Translations under genes and position numbers: made by a program | Assembly: GCF_006345805.1 (NCBI RefSeq) | Contig: NC_042999.1 | Span: 136,710,001 to 136,774,000 of the forward strand | DNA: 64,000 bases | Reading direction: 5' to 3' | Origin: Octopus sinensis | Lineage: Eukaryota | Shown: in pieces, positions 12,870 through 25,620 of the stretch | Position numbering within the stretch: the first letter of the stretch is position 1 | Layout: every line of letters begins with the position of its first letter | Notes under the pieces: model-generated | The model's database searches: none | What the model was told of the DNA's origin: nothing | Seen by the model: only the letters and a program-made list of their open reading frames with translations

Positions 12870-14500
12870 AGTTATAGAGAAGATCATAGGTCATTAAAGT
12901 TACAGACAGGGTGTTAATTTTTTGTCTAATCAGAAAGAGAATTAGCCTGGTAGAGATGAAGTTTGGTTTTGTGCTAGCGAGATGCACTACTTATGCTATC
13001 TTCCTGGTAAAGTAACTGCAGGAGAAACATATGGTCAAGAATAAACCTCTGTACTTAGCTTTTGTTGACTTGGAGAAAGCTTTTGACAGAGTCCCCCACT
13101 TCCTCCAAAGCTAAAGATAGATGAGTGGTTGGTGAGAACTGTACAAGCCATGTCCAGGGATACTGTCAGTAAGGTGAAGGTCAGCAGTGAGTATATCAAT
13201 TACTTTAGTGTACAAGTAGTTCACCAAGGATTGGTTGTCAGCACCCTCTTGTTTAACATAGTTCTCCAGGCCATAACAGGAATTTAAGTCTAGCCTTTCT
13301 TGGGAGCTCCTTTATTTTGATAACCCTGTTCTTATAGCTGAATCACTACTTAAACCAGAGTAGAAATTTCAAGTGTGGAAGCAAGGTTTGGAATCTAAGG
13401 GCCTTAGAGTTAATTTAGCAAAGACCAAAGTCTTGGTAGGTAGGAAAATGAACAAATCATAGATTCCAGTCCTGGTCAGTATGTAGGAAAAGTGTTGGTA
13501 GAAACTCCATGCAGTGTACACAGTGCAAGCTATGAACACATAAGAGGTGCAACAGTATCACTGGAAGGTTAACTGAGAAAGTAGTCTTTGTGTAAGGCAG
13601 ATGTACAGGCACATTAAACACTAAGAACAACCAGAGAATAGACTTCTTCATATGTCGCTGGGGGATTACCTAGGTGATTGAGTTAGCAGTGAAGGAGGAA
13701 GTTCTGAAAGTGTAATTTCCAGAATGAGAACCAGCTGGGCAAAGTTCTGGGAGCTACTACCTTTGTTGGTAACAAAGGGTCTCAACTTTAGAGTGAAAGG
13801 CAGATTATATGATGCCTGTATATGTACAGCTATGCTACATGGTAGTGAAAGATGAGCTATGGCTACAGAGGACATGTGAAGGCTTGAAATAAATTAAGCC
13901 AGCATGCTCTGTTGGATGGGTAATGTTAGTGTGTGCATGTACAACAAAGTATAAATTAAGAGAAAACTTGCATATAAGAAGCATCAGTTGTAGCATGTAG
14001 GAGAGAAAACAACATAGGTATGGTCATGTGGTGCATATGGATGAGGACAGCTGCACAAAGAAGTATCTCTAAGTGTGAAGGGAACCTTTGGAAGGAGTAG
14101 ACCCAGGAAGACATGGGATGAGTGGTGAGAAAGCATATTCACTGAGGAGATGACAAGGGACCAAGACTTCTGATGGTTTGCTGTGCCTCAAAAGTCACAT
14201 CAAGCTAAGTATCATCCATACATTCAGGCATGGCCTGGCCATGCCCATCACTTCCTCAATCGGCCAAGTGGTCCCTGGCTTGCAGATGCTGGTTCCACGT
14301 ATAAAGCACCCATGCCAGTGCCACATATAAAGCACCCATGCTAGTACTATATAAAAAGCACCCAGTGCCCTCTGTACAATGGTTGGCATTAGGAAGGGCA
14401 TCCAAACATAGAAACCATGCCAAAACACAGGGGCCTGTGTAGGTCACCAACTGACCAGCTCCTCTCTAACCATCCAATCCAATGGATGTCTGATGGTGAT
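12870..14500 (+). mobile_element. 5'-truncated, degraded RTE-clade LINE (RT core to 3' tail)
   Basis: FGFVLARCTTYAIFLVK*LQEKHMVKNKPLYLAFVDLEKAFDRVP, VHQG..S.LLF, WELLYFDN (YADD), and GRxRPRKTWDE. Followed by a 3'UTR shared with the copies at 15580, 51393, 53600 and 62041. Confidence 0.9.
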
Positions 14501-14899
14501 GGTATTCTTATATTATTTTGTATCATTATCATATTTTTCATGATTTTACAAAATATGGCCACTAGAATTAGTAGAATGAATTGAACTGGTGACGTAATAA
14601 ATTGTGGCATACTGTAACAAAAACTGAAGGTAATTTATGAAGTGGAATCTTTCATAAGAGAAGCCTTTTCCATTCTTGAACCAAGACAACATGATTTTTC
14701 CGAATCTTCTTTCTTGTATATACCTACCATTAGTAGGGTACCTTTCATTGGTAATAAAGGAGTTTAAACAAGATCCTTTGTTTGTGTTAGAGATAAACTA
14801 TTTTTAAAAAATGGGATGATGGGCACAGCTAAAATAACTGGCATCAAAACAAAGGTGGTAGTTATTCTAGAACAATGACACTCGATTGCTACAAGATTG

Positions 14900-15103
14900 T
14901 TTTATTTTTCACTTGTTTCGATCATTAGACTGTGGCCATTCTGGGGCACTGACTTAAAGAGTTGTTTTAGTCAAATGAATCAGCCCCAGCACTTATTTTT
15001 GTTAAGCCTGGTACTTATTCCATTGGTCTCTTTTGCTGAAATGCTAAGTTACAGGGATGTAAACACACCAACACTGGTTGTCAGTCGATAGTGGGGGACA
15101 AAT

Positions 15104-15138
<35 letters not shown>

Positions 15139-15282
15139 TGTGCTTCTTCCAGTTTCCAGCTCCCAAGTTCATTCACAAGGCTTTAGTCAGCCTGAGGTTA
15201 TAGCAGAAGACACTTACCCAAGGTGCCATGCAGTGAAACTAACCCAGACCCATGTGTTTGAGAAAAAAGATTCTCGCCACAC
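14900..15282 (-). mobile_element. SINE family A, reverse copy with internal (CA)n
   Basis: Reverse complement of the 9722-10080 copy. Confidence 0.8.
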
Positions 15283-15579
15283 TTGGCCTTAGTGAGTTCA
15301 GTATCAGCTTAATTAGTATTTATTAGCTGTTAGATTCTCTACCAAATCTAGTGTTAGTAGAGTTACAAAAAGAAAATAATTTTGTAAACATTTTAAATCC
15401 CTGAGAATTCTATACCTTTACTTGCAACTAATATATATGTATTATAAAAAGATTTGATCATGTAGCTTAATGTTTCAAATACTTCCAATTTCATTCCCCT
15501 TCTTCCTGTGGGTTTTGTTTTCCTTTTATTGATTGGTTTGGTTGTGAGATGGGGCCATACCAATAGCCTTCATGTGTGC

Positions 15580-16095
15580 TTTACAATCCTGCTGGTGGTG
15601 TAAAGCACATGGGGCAGCGCCATTTAAAAGCAGCCATGCAGAGTCTGTGCAGCACCATGTAAAACATCCATGTAGTGCCACATAAAAGCACCCAGCACAC
15701 TCTGTAAAGTAGTTGGCATTAGGAAGGGTATCCAGCCATAGAAACCATGCCCAATCAGACTGGAGGGTAGTGCAGCTCCCCAGCTTGACAGCTCTAGTCA
15801 AACCACCCAAACCAAGCCAGCATAGATAACAAATGTCAAATGTTGATGTTGATGATGATGATGATGATGATCAACATCATTTTATTGTCCATTTTCCCTT
15901 GCTTGCATAGGTCTAATGGAATTCATTGAAGCAGATTTTGTATGGCTGAGTTGGAATGCCCTTCCTGTCACCAAACAAGGGGAATGTTTTTCCATGGCTG
16001 GATATGTTGCACAGAAAATTGGAAATGAATGTCACTGCTTATATGACTGACATTTGTTTACAAATATCATGTGATATCAAGTCTAGAAGACAAAA
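15580..16095. mobile_element. RTE 3'UTR fragment (+, ~15580-15870) joined tail-to-tail with a reverse element sharing the RTE-like tail
   Basis: aaaagcacccagcacactctgtaaagtagttggcattaggaaggg...(GAT)n, then catcattttattgtccattttcc...atgcccttcctg. Confidence 0.7.
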
Positions 16096-17102
16096 ACACA
16101 TATGCACTCTCTTACATATATCATCATCATATATGTTTACACACACACACACTTAGGTAACTCTTCAGCTAGAAAACCTTTAAAATACCTACCTCCACTG
16201 CTAATTAGTTCACCAAGCTATGAGAAGCTATCAACTACTTCTGAGGAGCCCTTCAAACATTTAAAAGAATTTCATGGGTGTTCCTATTACTAATTTATGC
16301 ATATACTCTATACAAAGTCCTTCTGTGCCAGCCTACTTTTGATCTAGCTGCATCACTTGTGCACCTATAACTCACATTTGGTACACTATGTGGGATCTTT
16401 ACATATTCCTTTTCAGTCTAGTAAGCATGGTCACTTCTCAGATGGTGGCAGGGACTTGCATTCTGCCAACTAAAACAATTCCGAATTCCACTTCTACACT
16501 TGTAATTTCTTTTGTAATTCTTCAATAGATTCAGTTATAAGGACTAGTTCATTGACACAGAGTAATGCCCACAGACTCCTCTGTTATGGCCTAGAGAACT
16601 ATAATGTGGGAGAGAAGAGAATAGTGCCCTGATGGATACCTACCTGAACTTGTTGCTAACTCCTATCTTGCTGACATCTTTTCCTCTTTCTCTCTCTCTC
16701 CCCACCCATATAAATTATAAAAAAACTTTAAAGAAATACATTTTGCCACTATTCATCTTCTCAGCCTGATTTATGTAATACTTTTTCTCATCAATAAAAT
16801 ATTAGATTGGAAAAATTGACAGCTTGTTTATAACTGAAATTTATAGAAACCTATTTCAATAAATGAAAGTAAATATTTTGGTATGTTTTATAAGTTGAAA
16901 TGACAAAGTATTTTCTCAAACATTTATCAAACTATTATCAATATTGTCAACTTTCTGAACAGTTAAAGCAGTCAATACCAATTTCACTTTTGCTGATGTA
17001 TGTATGTGTGTACTTTTGCTTTGTTTATTATGTAAATAATTTCTATTTTATTATGTAAATAATTTCTGTTTTATGTAAATAATTTCTGCTCTATTTTCTC
17101 AG

Positions 17103-17270
17103 CTTTTTGTTGGTGGTTTGCCAACCTTTACTAAGCCTGGCATTACTGTTCGCCACAATTTTTATGGTTGTATTGAAAATGTTGTTTTCAACAATCTGAG
17201 ACTTATTCGTGATGCTAAACAACAGCTGCCAAGATATAGTATTCATGGTACACCTGCTTATTCTTGTCAG
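17103..17270 (+). CDS. Nrx-IV: Exon D: end of laminin-G domain 1
   Basis: tctcag|CTT...CAG|gtaag. LFVGGLPTFTKPGITVRHNFYGCIENVVFNNLRLIRDAKQQLPRYSIHGTPAYSCQ (GG.P...NF.GC.EN motif). 168 bp, phase 0->0. Confidence 0.95.
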
Positions 17271-18968
17271 GTAAGTTTATTTTGTTACTATGAGAGAAAT
17301 TGCATTAGCAGTATATGTAGCTGAAGTCTTTCAGCAAAGTTGTTTCTTTTTTCCTGATCAGACACTAGTTATTTCCCATATTTAAGGTCATCAATATTGT
17401 GTTGTTGGAGAGATATGAGATTCTGCAGTCTGAGACTTAATAATAGTTCTCTCTTTGTTTTTCAATTGGATGTTTAAACTTCGAACAGGATAAAATCATT
17501 ACATTTTATATTCCAGTATGAAAAAGGAGAAAACTTAAAAATCAAGTTATTATCTAAGATAGATGATAATCTAGAAGAAAGAATTGCAAATAGATTAGTT
17601 TTTCAGGAATGTTAGATGTTAGTTTTGATGAATGAGATGATGCATTACAGATTTTATTAAAGGTTTACTATTGAACAAATATATCCAACTAGGGAAGATA
17701 TTATGATAATGATGATGATACTTAAAGGTATATTTTGCTATCACTGCCTTGCTAACATGATGTAGCCAAGTAGCTTGCATATAGCTTTTAATATCATACA
17801 CTTGTCAGATTGATGAGGCTGTATTAAGTTGTAATCTCAGTGGTCTGAATTTACAAGCTGGTTTTGATTTCATTTGAAACTGATTCATTTATATCATTAA
17901 TGTCAAAGGTGAGGTTGGTGTGACTTATATTTATCTTGATCTTCTATACATTAATATTTGTTGGGGAATATATGAAGTGGGGGAGATCTTGAGCAGTATA
18001 AATCCGAGACAGAAGGATTGGATAAAAGGTCAGTATGGAATTCAGTGGGAAAAACATAGCAGAAAGGAGGAAAGGAGAAGAGATGGGTGCATTGATTAAG
18101 TTTGGATGGAAGGGGTAGACAATTTGATCATTTGGAAAAACAGAAACTGTCATAGTATATGAGTAGAAGGAACAAGAGGATACTGAATATCAGTTCAGTA
18201 GCGATTGTAGCATATTGGTAAATGAAGGCTTACTGATAAGTCAGATTGTGTCTGTGGTCCAGAATGATTATTTGTTGAGAAATAACACTGTTCCAGTTAT
18301 ATTGTCAGTGCTGTAATGCAGAGCACATGTGTGTCTTGCAGAGAGAGCTGAAGTATTTTCTGAACTTGAAAAGAAAACCTTTCATTTGGAAATGTAAAGA
18401 TTTTCACAGTAGAATAATTTTACTGTGAAGACTGCTACTTTGGTATTGATTTAAGTTCAGTTTTGGGTTAACTTTCTACTCTTAATGTCATGACAGTTGA
18501 AGATGTTATTTCATTATAGGGGTTAGCTGCCTATTTGGTGCCTGTATAGTTGTTCTATGTTGCTTGTTCTATCCTTATCTATGAGAGTTGATTTTAAACA
18601 TTGCAAAGGAAAAATGGAAATGCTTGGTTAAGCTCTACATTTTACAAGGAATAATGTAGTCCTGAACTGCTTGTAATTTACAAAAAGCATTCTCATAATT
18701 GAATATTCCAAATATTTTTAATAGATTGAAATTTTGGAAATCTCCCAAAATGATCTGGATCCCCCCCTCCTGCTTATTACTTCTGTAATACTCAGTAAGG
18801 AATGCAAAACACAAAAGAATTTCTGCTTTGGTAAATTTCTTTTCTCATTGATGTTTAAACCACAAGTATTTATGGTATTTATATATTTTTAGATTTCTAC
18901 TTAGTGCTGTTCAACTAAAGCAAAGCAACATTTATCACTTCCTTCATTTGAATAAATCTGAGAAAGTG

Positions 18969-18969
18969 C

Positions 18970-19031
<62 letters not shown>
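18969..19031. repeat. (CA)n-(TA)n microsatellite, representative of many in the window
   Basis: Read directly. Similar tracts lie near 447, 36520, 37562, 38733, 47320, 51330, 52030, 52578 and 52785. Confidence 0.95.
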
Positions 19032-19036
<5 letters not shown>

Positions 19037-20439
19037 CTTTAAATAAAACTCTAATAAAAGTAGGTAGTTTATCACAAGGTATTGTTTATTTGAGTTAGCT
19101 GGCCGACATCTTGTTTTATCAGATTAGCTTGTTCTACAACACCTACACGTTCTCTTTCTTCTCACTCTTTTCTTCTAATTGATTAGTTGAAAGATGAAAA
19201 GTCTTAAGTATAACATGTTTCTAGAATATAGTTGAAAGGAAATAAAATCTTTCGATCTAACCCTTCCTATAAAATGATGTTTATCAATTGTAAATGCCAT
19301 GGAATTGGTTTGCTGTGAGTTTAGGAATATTATCCCCATAAATATATATATATCTTAGATGTATGAAATATTGTTGCTAAGTTTGTTTTGTTTTGTTTTA
19401 TTTTGTTTTTGTTTCTTCCTTTTTGTGCTTCAGGTACCAAAACAGATCTCCCTTTCAAAGAACCTCTATTCAATTCTTTGTGTGGTCTTTTTTCTGCATT
19501 TAGTAAAGTTCATTCTGTTTCAAGTATTTGGGATACACTAACCATGATCCTGCCAAGCATGCCCTTTTCTTTCTTGCAGATATTGACTTGTAGATATATT
19601 CTACTCACAAATATCTGATGTAAATCCAGTCAGTCCGAGAGGAACTAGTAATGACCATGACTATTACTACTAAGATAAACTACTACTGTCCCCACTTCTA
19701 AAAATTCAGGCAAAATTTTACATTGATAGGGTTCAAACTAGTAAATTAAAGCTAAAGTGTTATGATTTAAGTGTCTAGTTATTTGTTATCTTTCTATATA
19801 GTAAATACTGTGTGTTTGTCTTGTTTTCTGCCATAGATTTTTATATCATTAAAATGAATTTAAACAGATATTTTAATTTTTTTCTCCATTTGTTGATAAC
19901 CTGATCAGGTTAATGAAATCAATATAATCAACTATATCCAATCAAATTTGAGGTTTTGTGCTTATGTTAAAAATCAGTGTTGGTACAAGTGCACTGATTT
20001 AATTTACCTGAAATTAACAACTAGTTACAGATTGCCATCAACATGGACCTCACTTTAATCAAGATTCTATGTTTCTACAGCTTCTGCTAGGCTAGTTTCA
20101 CATTAAATCTAATGTAACAACTACACACACACACACACACACGCATGTATATATATTAGTTGTTGAGGATGCAGGCTCAGTTGAAAAGCTGACATATGCA
20201 TACAAAGTGAATACTGATAAAAGTACAAAATGACCCCTTCAACGTTTGTGGAAGGTAAGCATTGGAGAATTGTTCTGGTGTTAGGTACAAGGTGAGGTAG
20301 CCAGCACTTTTCACTTGCTACTGTCTTTTTTAAATTATAGCTTGATATTCTTTTTACCTGCTCACAATGTCTAGATGTTAAATAAAGGTTCTCAGAATAA
20401 TTAATGGATATTATTACAAAGAATATTGATTCTCATAAG

Positions 20440-21360
20440 CAGCAAGTTGGCAGAGTTGTTAGAACATCAGATAGAATTCTTTACAGTATTTGTTTTGACA
20501 TTCAACATTCAAATCCTGCCCAGGTCTACTTTGCTTTTTGTTCTTTTGGGATCAGCAAATAAAGTACCAGACCAGGATGGTGGATTGGCAGGATTGTTAC
20601 ATCATCAAAGACAATGCATTGCAGTATCTGTTTTGGTTCTTTACAATCTGACTTTAAATCTTGCCTTTTGTCATGGTTGAAGAAGAAAAAGTGATAATAC
20701 TTCTGTCATGAGTTGTGACACACAGGTAATATCATCAATTGAGAAACCAATCAAAATATAGTTTCCATGGTTTGATCAGAAGATTATCTGCTACACATTA
20801 CCAGAAATGTGGGAACAAAAGCAAATCCAGCCTTTGATAATGCATCAAAAATAATAGTAATTTCTTTCAACATTGACACAAGGCCACACATTTTGGGAAA
20901 GAAATGTAGTCAACTTAATCAACCCAAAAGTGAACTCTGGTGGAGGTTGAGCTCACAATATAAAAAGATGTAACAAAATATTGCAAGTCATTTTTTTTTC
21001 TATCACTTTACGAATTCTGCCACTCACCACCCTAATAATATTGATAATTTTTAACACTGGTACAAATCACAAATGTGGGGAGAAGGGCACAGGCAATTAA
21101 ATCGACTCTTGCACTTTAACTACAAGAGTTACTGATTACCTACTAAAAGTGATGGAAGACAGATTCTCTAGGTACAGTAAGGTAAAATACACCCCAATTG
21201 TAACCTCTAGAGGAAGAGTTTTTACTAGTACTTATTTATTGACAATGAAATGAGGAACGGCAAAATTAATACCAGCAGAATTTGAACTCTGAATGTAAAA
21301 GAACAGAACTTAATGCCACAAGTAATTTTATCTGGTGTTTTATGGATTTTGTCTCTGCCC
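20440..21360. mobile_element. Cluster of decayed SINE family B fragments in both orientations
   Basis: gttggcagagttgttagaac...ttcaaatcctgcccagg (+), and gttgagctcacaatataaaa / atttgaactctgaatgtaaaa (-). Confidence 0.6.
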
Positions 21361-23039
21361 TTTATTGTGATTCTAATAATATAATATCCCACTCTTTTTT
21401 AGCATTGCTCTTATTATTAACATTATTATTGTGGTTATAGGCTAAAAGGAAATCAATAGGCTTAGATTTGTATCTTTAGAGATTGATTATTTGTAAGATA
21501 GAACAAACTTACTTTGCATGTTCCAAACTCAATTTTGAAAGTGAACTCATAACATTGACCTTTGTATTATAGATTGCTACATCATTTATTGAGAGGAGAG
21601 ATTAGATAAATCTTTGATAATTAATTTTATCAATTAACTACTATACATAGTTGGTTCTTGTTAAAAAAAAATGCAAGTCAATATAATGCATATTAATGAG
21701 AAAAAGGCTACAATAATAAAGTTGTAATTGCAGTCATTGAACACAACAGTCACTGAACACTGAACATAATAGCTTTTTAGTGTAACCCAAGAGATTTTGG
21801 AAGATGATCTGAAAATACTGTGCTATTAATGGCCAGTCTTGTTTTGTGAATAGGCAGAGTGTATTGTAAGTTGGCAAGTAACCATTCAATATCTTGTGTG
21901 TGAGGTGAAATATTAAGAAGTTTGAAAATTTAAACATTAGAAAAGAAAACGTCTTATCTCAAGCGGAGAACTGGATATTTTGTGTGGTATTCTGAAATAT
22001 GAAAACATTAATTTTAGATGACTAATCTTTAGATATTAGATTAGTCTACCTCTTTCTGTTCATTTTCTTTTATAAACTTTAAGTTAGTAGTGAAGACACA
22101 AACTCCAGATTACTTCTTGGATGGGGTATTAGTCTATTGCAAGCAAAGTTTCCAAAACATGTGGAGTAAATACCAGTTGAACTAAACTTGGAGCCAGTAG
22201 AACTCAGAAGAACCCATGGATAGATTTCAGAGGATCGAAAGAGCTTACTAGAGAAATATAACTTTCATACTAACTTCTGAAATTTAGTTCTTCATTTATT
22301 AATAAAAATAAAGTATCATATGTGGTCTCCACATTTGAGATATGTTTGTCAACTTTGATGCTATCAACTTTAATGTTGTATGCATATAGATTTTTCTGAA
22401 ATGAGATTCATAGGTTTCATTAAACTCTAAAGGGACCATGTCACAGAAAGAAAAAGGAAGGAATGAACTCCTGCCCTTTATTTAATTAAAAATTAAGCAA
22501 ACAATGAAATATGAACTCACCACCACCAAAACTACTAATTTGATACATTATGCACACAGCTACTCACCTGAAAATTTTAGATGCTTACTGTAGTTGAGTT
22601 TTTACTGCTCTCTAAGTACAAACCAGGCTGAATGTTATTTAAGATCAGTGATCAGATGAGAACAAATATCTTAATGTGATATGACTAAACCACTCTCGCT
22701 GTTGTCAATAGAAAGTAATATTTCTTTCATTTTAGTGTATTTGAAAAGAAAGGTTTTAAAAGAATTAATCTTGTTGATAACTGATGTCTCCAAGAATTAA
22801 TATATACTAAAATGTTTACAAGAAAGTACTACTGAAATGAACTGATACACAATGCCATTTTCTTTGTTGAATATTTCTGTCTAAACATTCTTATAGTAAT
22901 ATCTAATTTTAAAGGTATGCTTATCTGAACTCATTTTGTTCAAAAGAAACAATATATTAGGTAAAAGTATCTATTTTGTTAGGCAAGTAAGATATTTTGA
23001 ATCATTTAGCTTGTTAATCCAATAAGAAAATTAATAATA

Positions 23040-23157
23040 TTGTTATATATTGTATAAACTGAAAAAAAAAAAACAGTGTAATAATGTACAAACTAAAAAT
23101 AATGTGTAATATTGTATAAAATGGAAAACATTGTGCAATATTGTATGAACTGAAAAT
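23040..23157. repeat. Degenerate minisatellite, ~28-bp unit x4
   Basis: Recurring (t)gtaatattgtataaactgaaaa-like unit. Confidence 0.65.
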
Positions 23158-24043
23158 CAATTATCGAGCCAATGTTGATTGATGATTTTTTTTTCTGAGT
23201 TCCATTTCTTTCAAGTGTGCTTTTTCCTAGTCAAGTGTATCTATAAATGGGTGATAATTTTTTTTTTTTTTTAAATTTCAAATAAGATGTCAGAAATTAT
23301 GATTTAGTTTTATAAGGTGTATGAAGGAGCATCCTTATTTAAATATTTATATCATATTAAATCTGATATAGAATACTGGACACATCAGATTTGGAGTTAT
23401 TTATCTTCAGTTCTAGTTGGGAACAAGGTTTCTTTTGGTTAACATCCAATTTTTTGTTTATATATAATAAAGGAGGTGAATGAATTTCTTGCAGCATTTC
23501 TCCTTGAGTTGAATTATTGAAATTTAAAAGCAATTCTTTAATTGATTTTCAGATTTAAGCAACCTCCATGATTGTATACAAGTTTCTCTCATCTTGTTGA
23601 GTAGTTGAGTTTGTTGCTATTTTATTAGTAATTGATACCACCAAAGACTGAGTTTTTTTGGATTCACTTTTGTTACTTTGTGGGAAATATTTTCTATTAA
23701 GTCTTCTCATAGCTTTCCTTTAACTGTAGCTGTCTTATAGAGTACAAAGAATCTTTTTTATGCTACAATAGGAAGAAGACACTTAAAGAGAAGTATGTCA
23801 ACTGTCTGATCTGACTAAATCGATTCAATATTAGAATCCAAGGGTAACATCTTCAAACCACACATTGATTATTGATGCTGTGTTGATTCCTTAAAAACAG
23901 AGTTGTTTTCTACTTTTATGCAAAACCTGACCAAAACAGTAATCTTGAATAATCACACACTATGTCATATACTACAATGCATTTACATATTTTAAAAGTT
24001 GCACCTATATTTACATCATTTATCTTTTTTCTCTGTTCTTTAG

Positions 24044-24214
24044 TTGGCATCAGTTGTCCCTGTCACATTTTCAACTGGCACATCTCACATAGAAATTAAT
24101 GGAGAATCAAGTGGTGTTGGAAGTGGATTTGTACGAGCCAGTTTTGATTTTAGAACACATAATGTTGGAGGCATGCTTTTTTATCATGAAATGAGTAATA
24201 AGGACATAGTTGAG
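24044..24214 (+). CDS. Nrx-IV: Exon E: start of laminin-G domain 2
   Basis: ctttag|TTG...GAG|gtaag. LASVVPVTFSTGTSHIEINGESSGVGSGFVRASFDFRTHNVGGMLFYHEMSNKDIVE (VPVTF...SFxFRT motif). 171 bp, phase 0->0. Confidence 0.93.
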
Positions 24215-24691
24215 GTAAGTAATTATCTTACATTTGCTTATTTCACTGCCAAACAGCATGGAAATTATTGAGTTGTTGAAATGTAAACATAGTAAATTTG
24301 AAGTTAATTTTGATTTATTTGTGGTAAAGCAAATTGTAGCAATTTTATATAAAACTAATTTGTAACATGGAAAAAATATTCCCCAAATACCATAATAGTG
24401 ATATCAGGGTATGTTCAGATATTCCTTTGCTTATTTCTTCTCTGCAACCTAGTTTTTTTCTATGACTTCCCAATCTTGAACACCTAATCAACAAAACAGC
24501 AGTTGCTATAAACAGTGTCTTCAGTCCTTAAAGAACTAAAGTTAGACTACTGCATGTCTTCTACATGTCAGTTCACTATACAGCATTTTACTTGAAGGAC
24601 ATATCATCCATATGATCAATATGTCTAGTAAAGAAAAGTTGTTTCTTTATATGACCATCAGACAATTCTGAATATTACATAGCAGAAAGAA

Positions 24692-24905
24692 GTGGCACAT
24701 TGGCTGAATCATTAGCATGGCAGGCAAAATGCTTACCAGCATTTCATCCAACTTCAAGCTCTGAGTTCAAATTCCTCCAGGTTGACTTTGCCTTTCATCC
24801 TTTCAGGGGTCAGTAAAATAAGTATCAGTTAAGCACTGGGTCAATGTAATCGACTTACCCACTGCCATAAAATTGCTGACCTTGTGCCATAATCTGAAAC
24901 CAATA
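24692..24905 (+). mobile_element. tRNA-derived SINE, family B
   Basis: tggctgaatcattagc...gagttcaaattcc (B box)...gactttgcctttcatcctttc...ccttgtgccataatctgaaacc. Same family as 31014, 39755, 48170 and 57720. Confidence 0.8.
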
Positions 24906-25199
24906 TTAGATGGCAGAAAGACTTGAAGATTTTGTGAGTTGAATTTCAGGAGTTTTATATAATAGACATTTTATGAAGTGTTGTGGTGAGTGTTACCTTA
25001 TCATTAATTTAGTTTGAATAGTTTTTTTTATCCAGTTTGCCATAAGATCTATGTACCATGGCAGCAAAATTCTATAGATATAGCTCATCATTATGTTCAC
25101 ATTTTCCATGTTGCCATGGGTTGGACATGACTTACCAAAGCAGTATTCTATAATCAGATACCCTTCCTACCAACAACCTCTTCCTGTTTCTCAAGTAAA

Positions 25200-25620
25200 G
25201 ATGTGCATGCACACACACACACACATATGCTTCCATATTGTTTCTGTCTAGCAGTTTTACTCACAAGGCATTGGTCAACCCAAGAAGACATTGCAAAGTT
25301 TCCTTACAGTATGGTGGAACCCAAAACCACATGGTAACAGTAATAAAAAAATAAATGCACCCTTTTAAAGCCTAGCCAGGTTTCAATGGTGTATGCGTTC
25401 CTTAGCTGGACAGGACGCCAGTCCATTGCAGCGTTACTTATTTTTGCCAGCTGAGTGGACTAGAGCAACGTGAAATGAAGTGTTTTGCTCAAGAACACAA
25501 CGTGTCGCCTGGTCCAGGAATCGAAACCACAATCTTACGATCATGATGCTGACACCCTAACCACTAAGCCACACACCTTTCACCCATGGTAACAAAGTAA
25601 GCTATTTTACTATACAGCTA
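25200..25620 (-). mobile_element. SINE family A fragment interrupted by a family C SINE
   Basis: ctcacaaggcattggtcaaccc...cccaaaaccacatggtaaca, resuming as catggtaacaaagtaagc after the insertion. Confidence 0.7.
25340..25584 (-). mobile_element. tRNA-derived SINE, family C, with 10-bp target-site duplication
   Basis: tRNA-like head on the minus strand (gtg.aagg..tggcttagtggttagggt...gtttcgattcc). TSD catggtaaca at 25330-25339 and 25585-25594. Confidence 0.85.

Noticed and set aside
25500-25584. tRNA gene
   Set aside because: A/B-box-like head of a SINE with body, tail and TSD; no intact cloverleaf.
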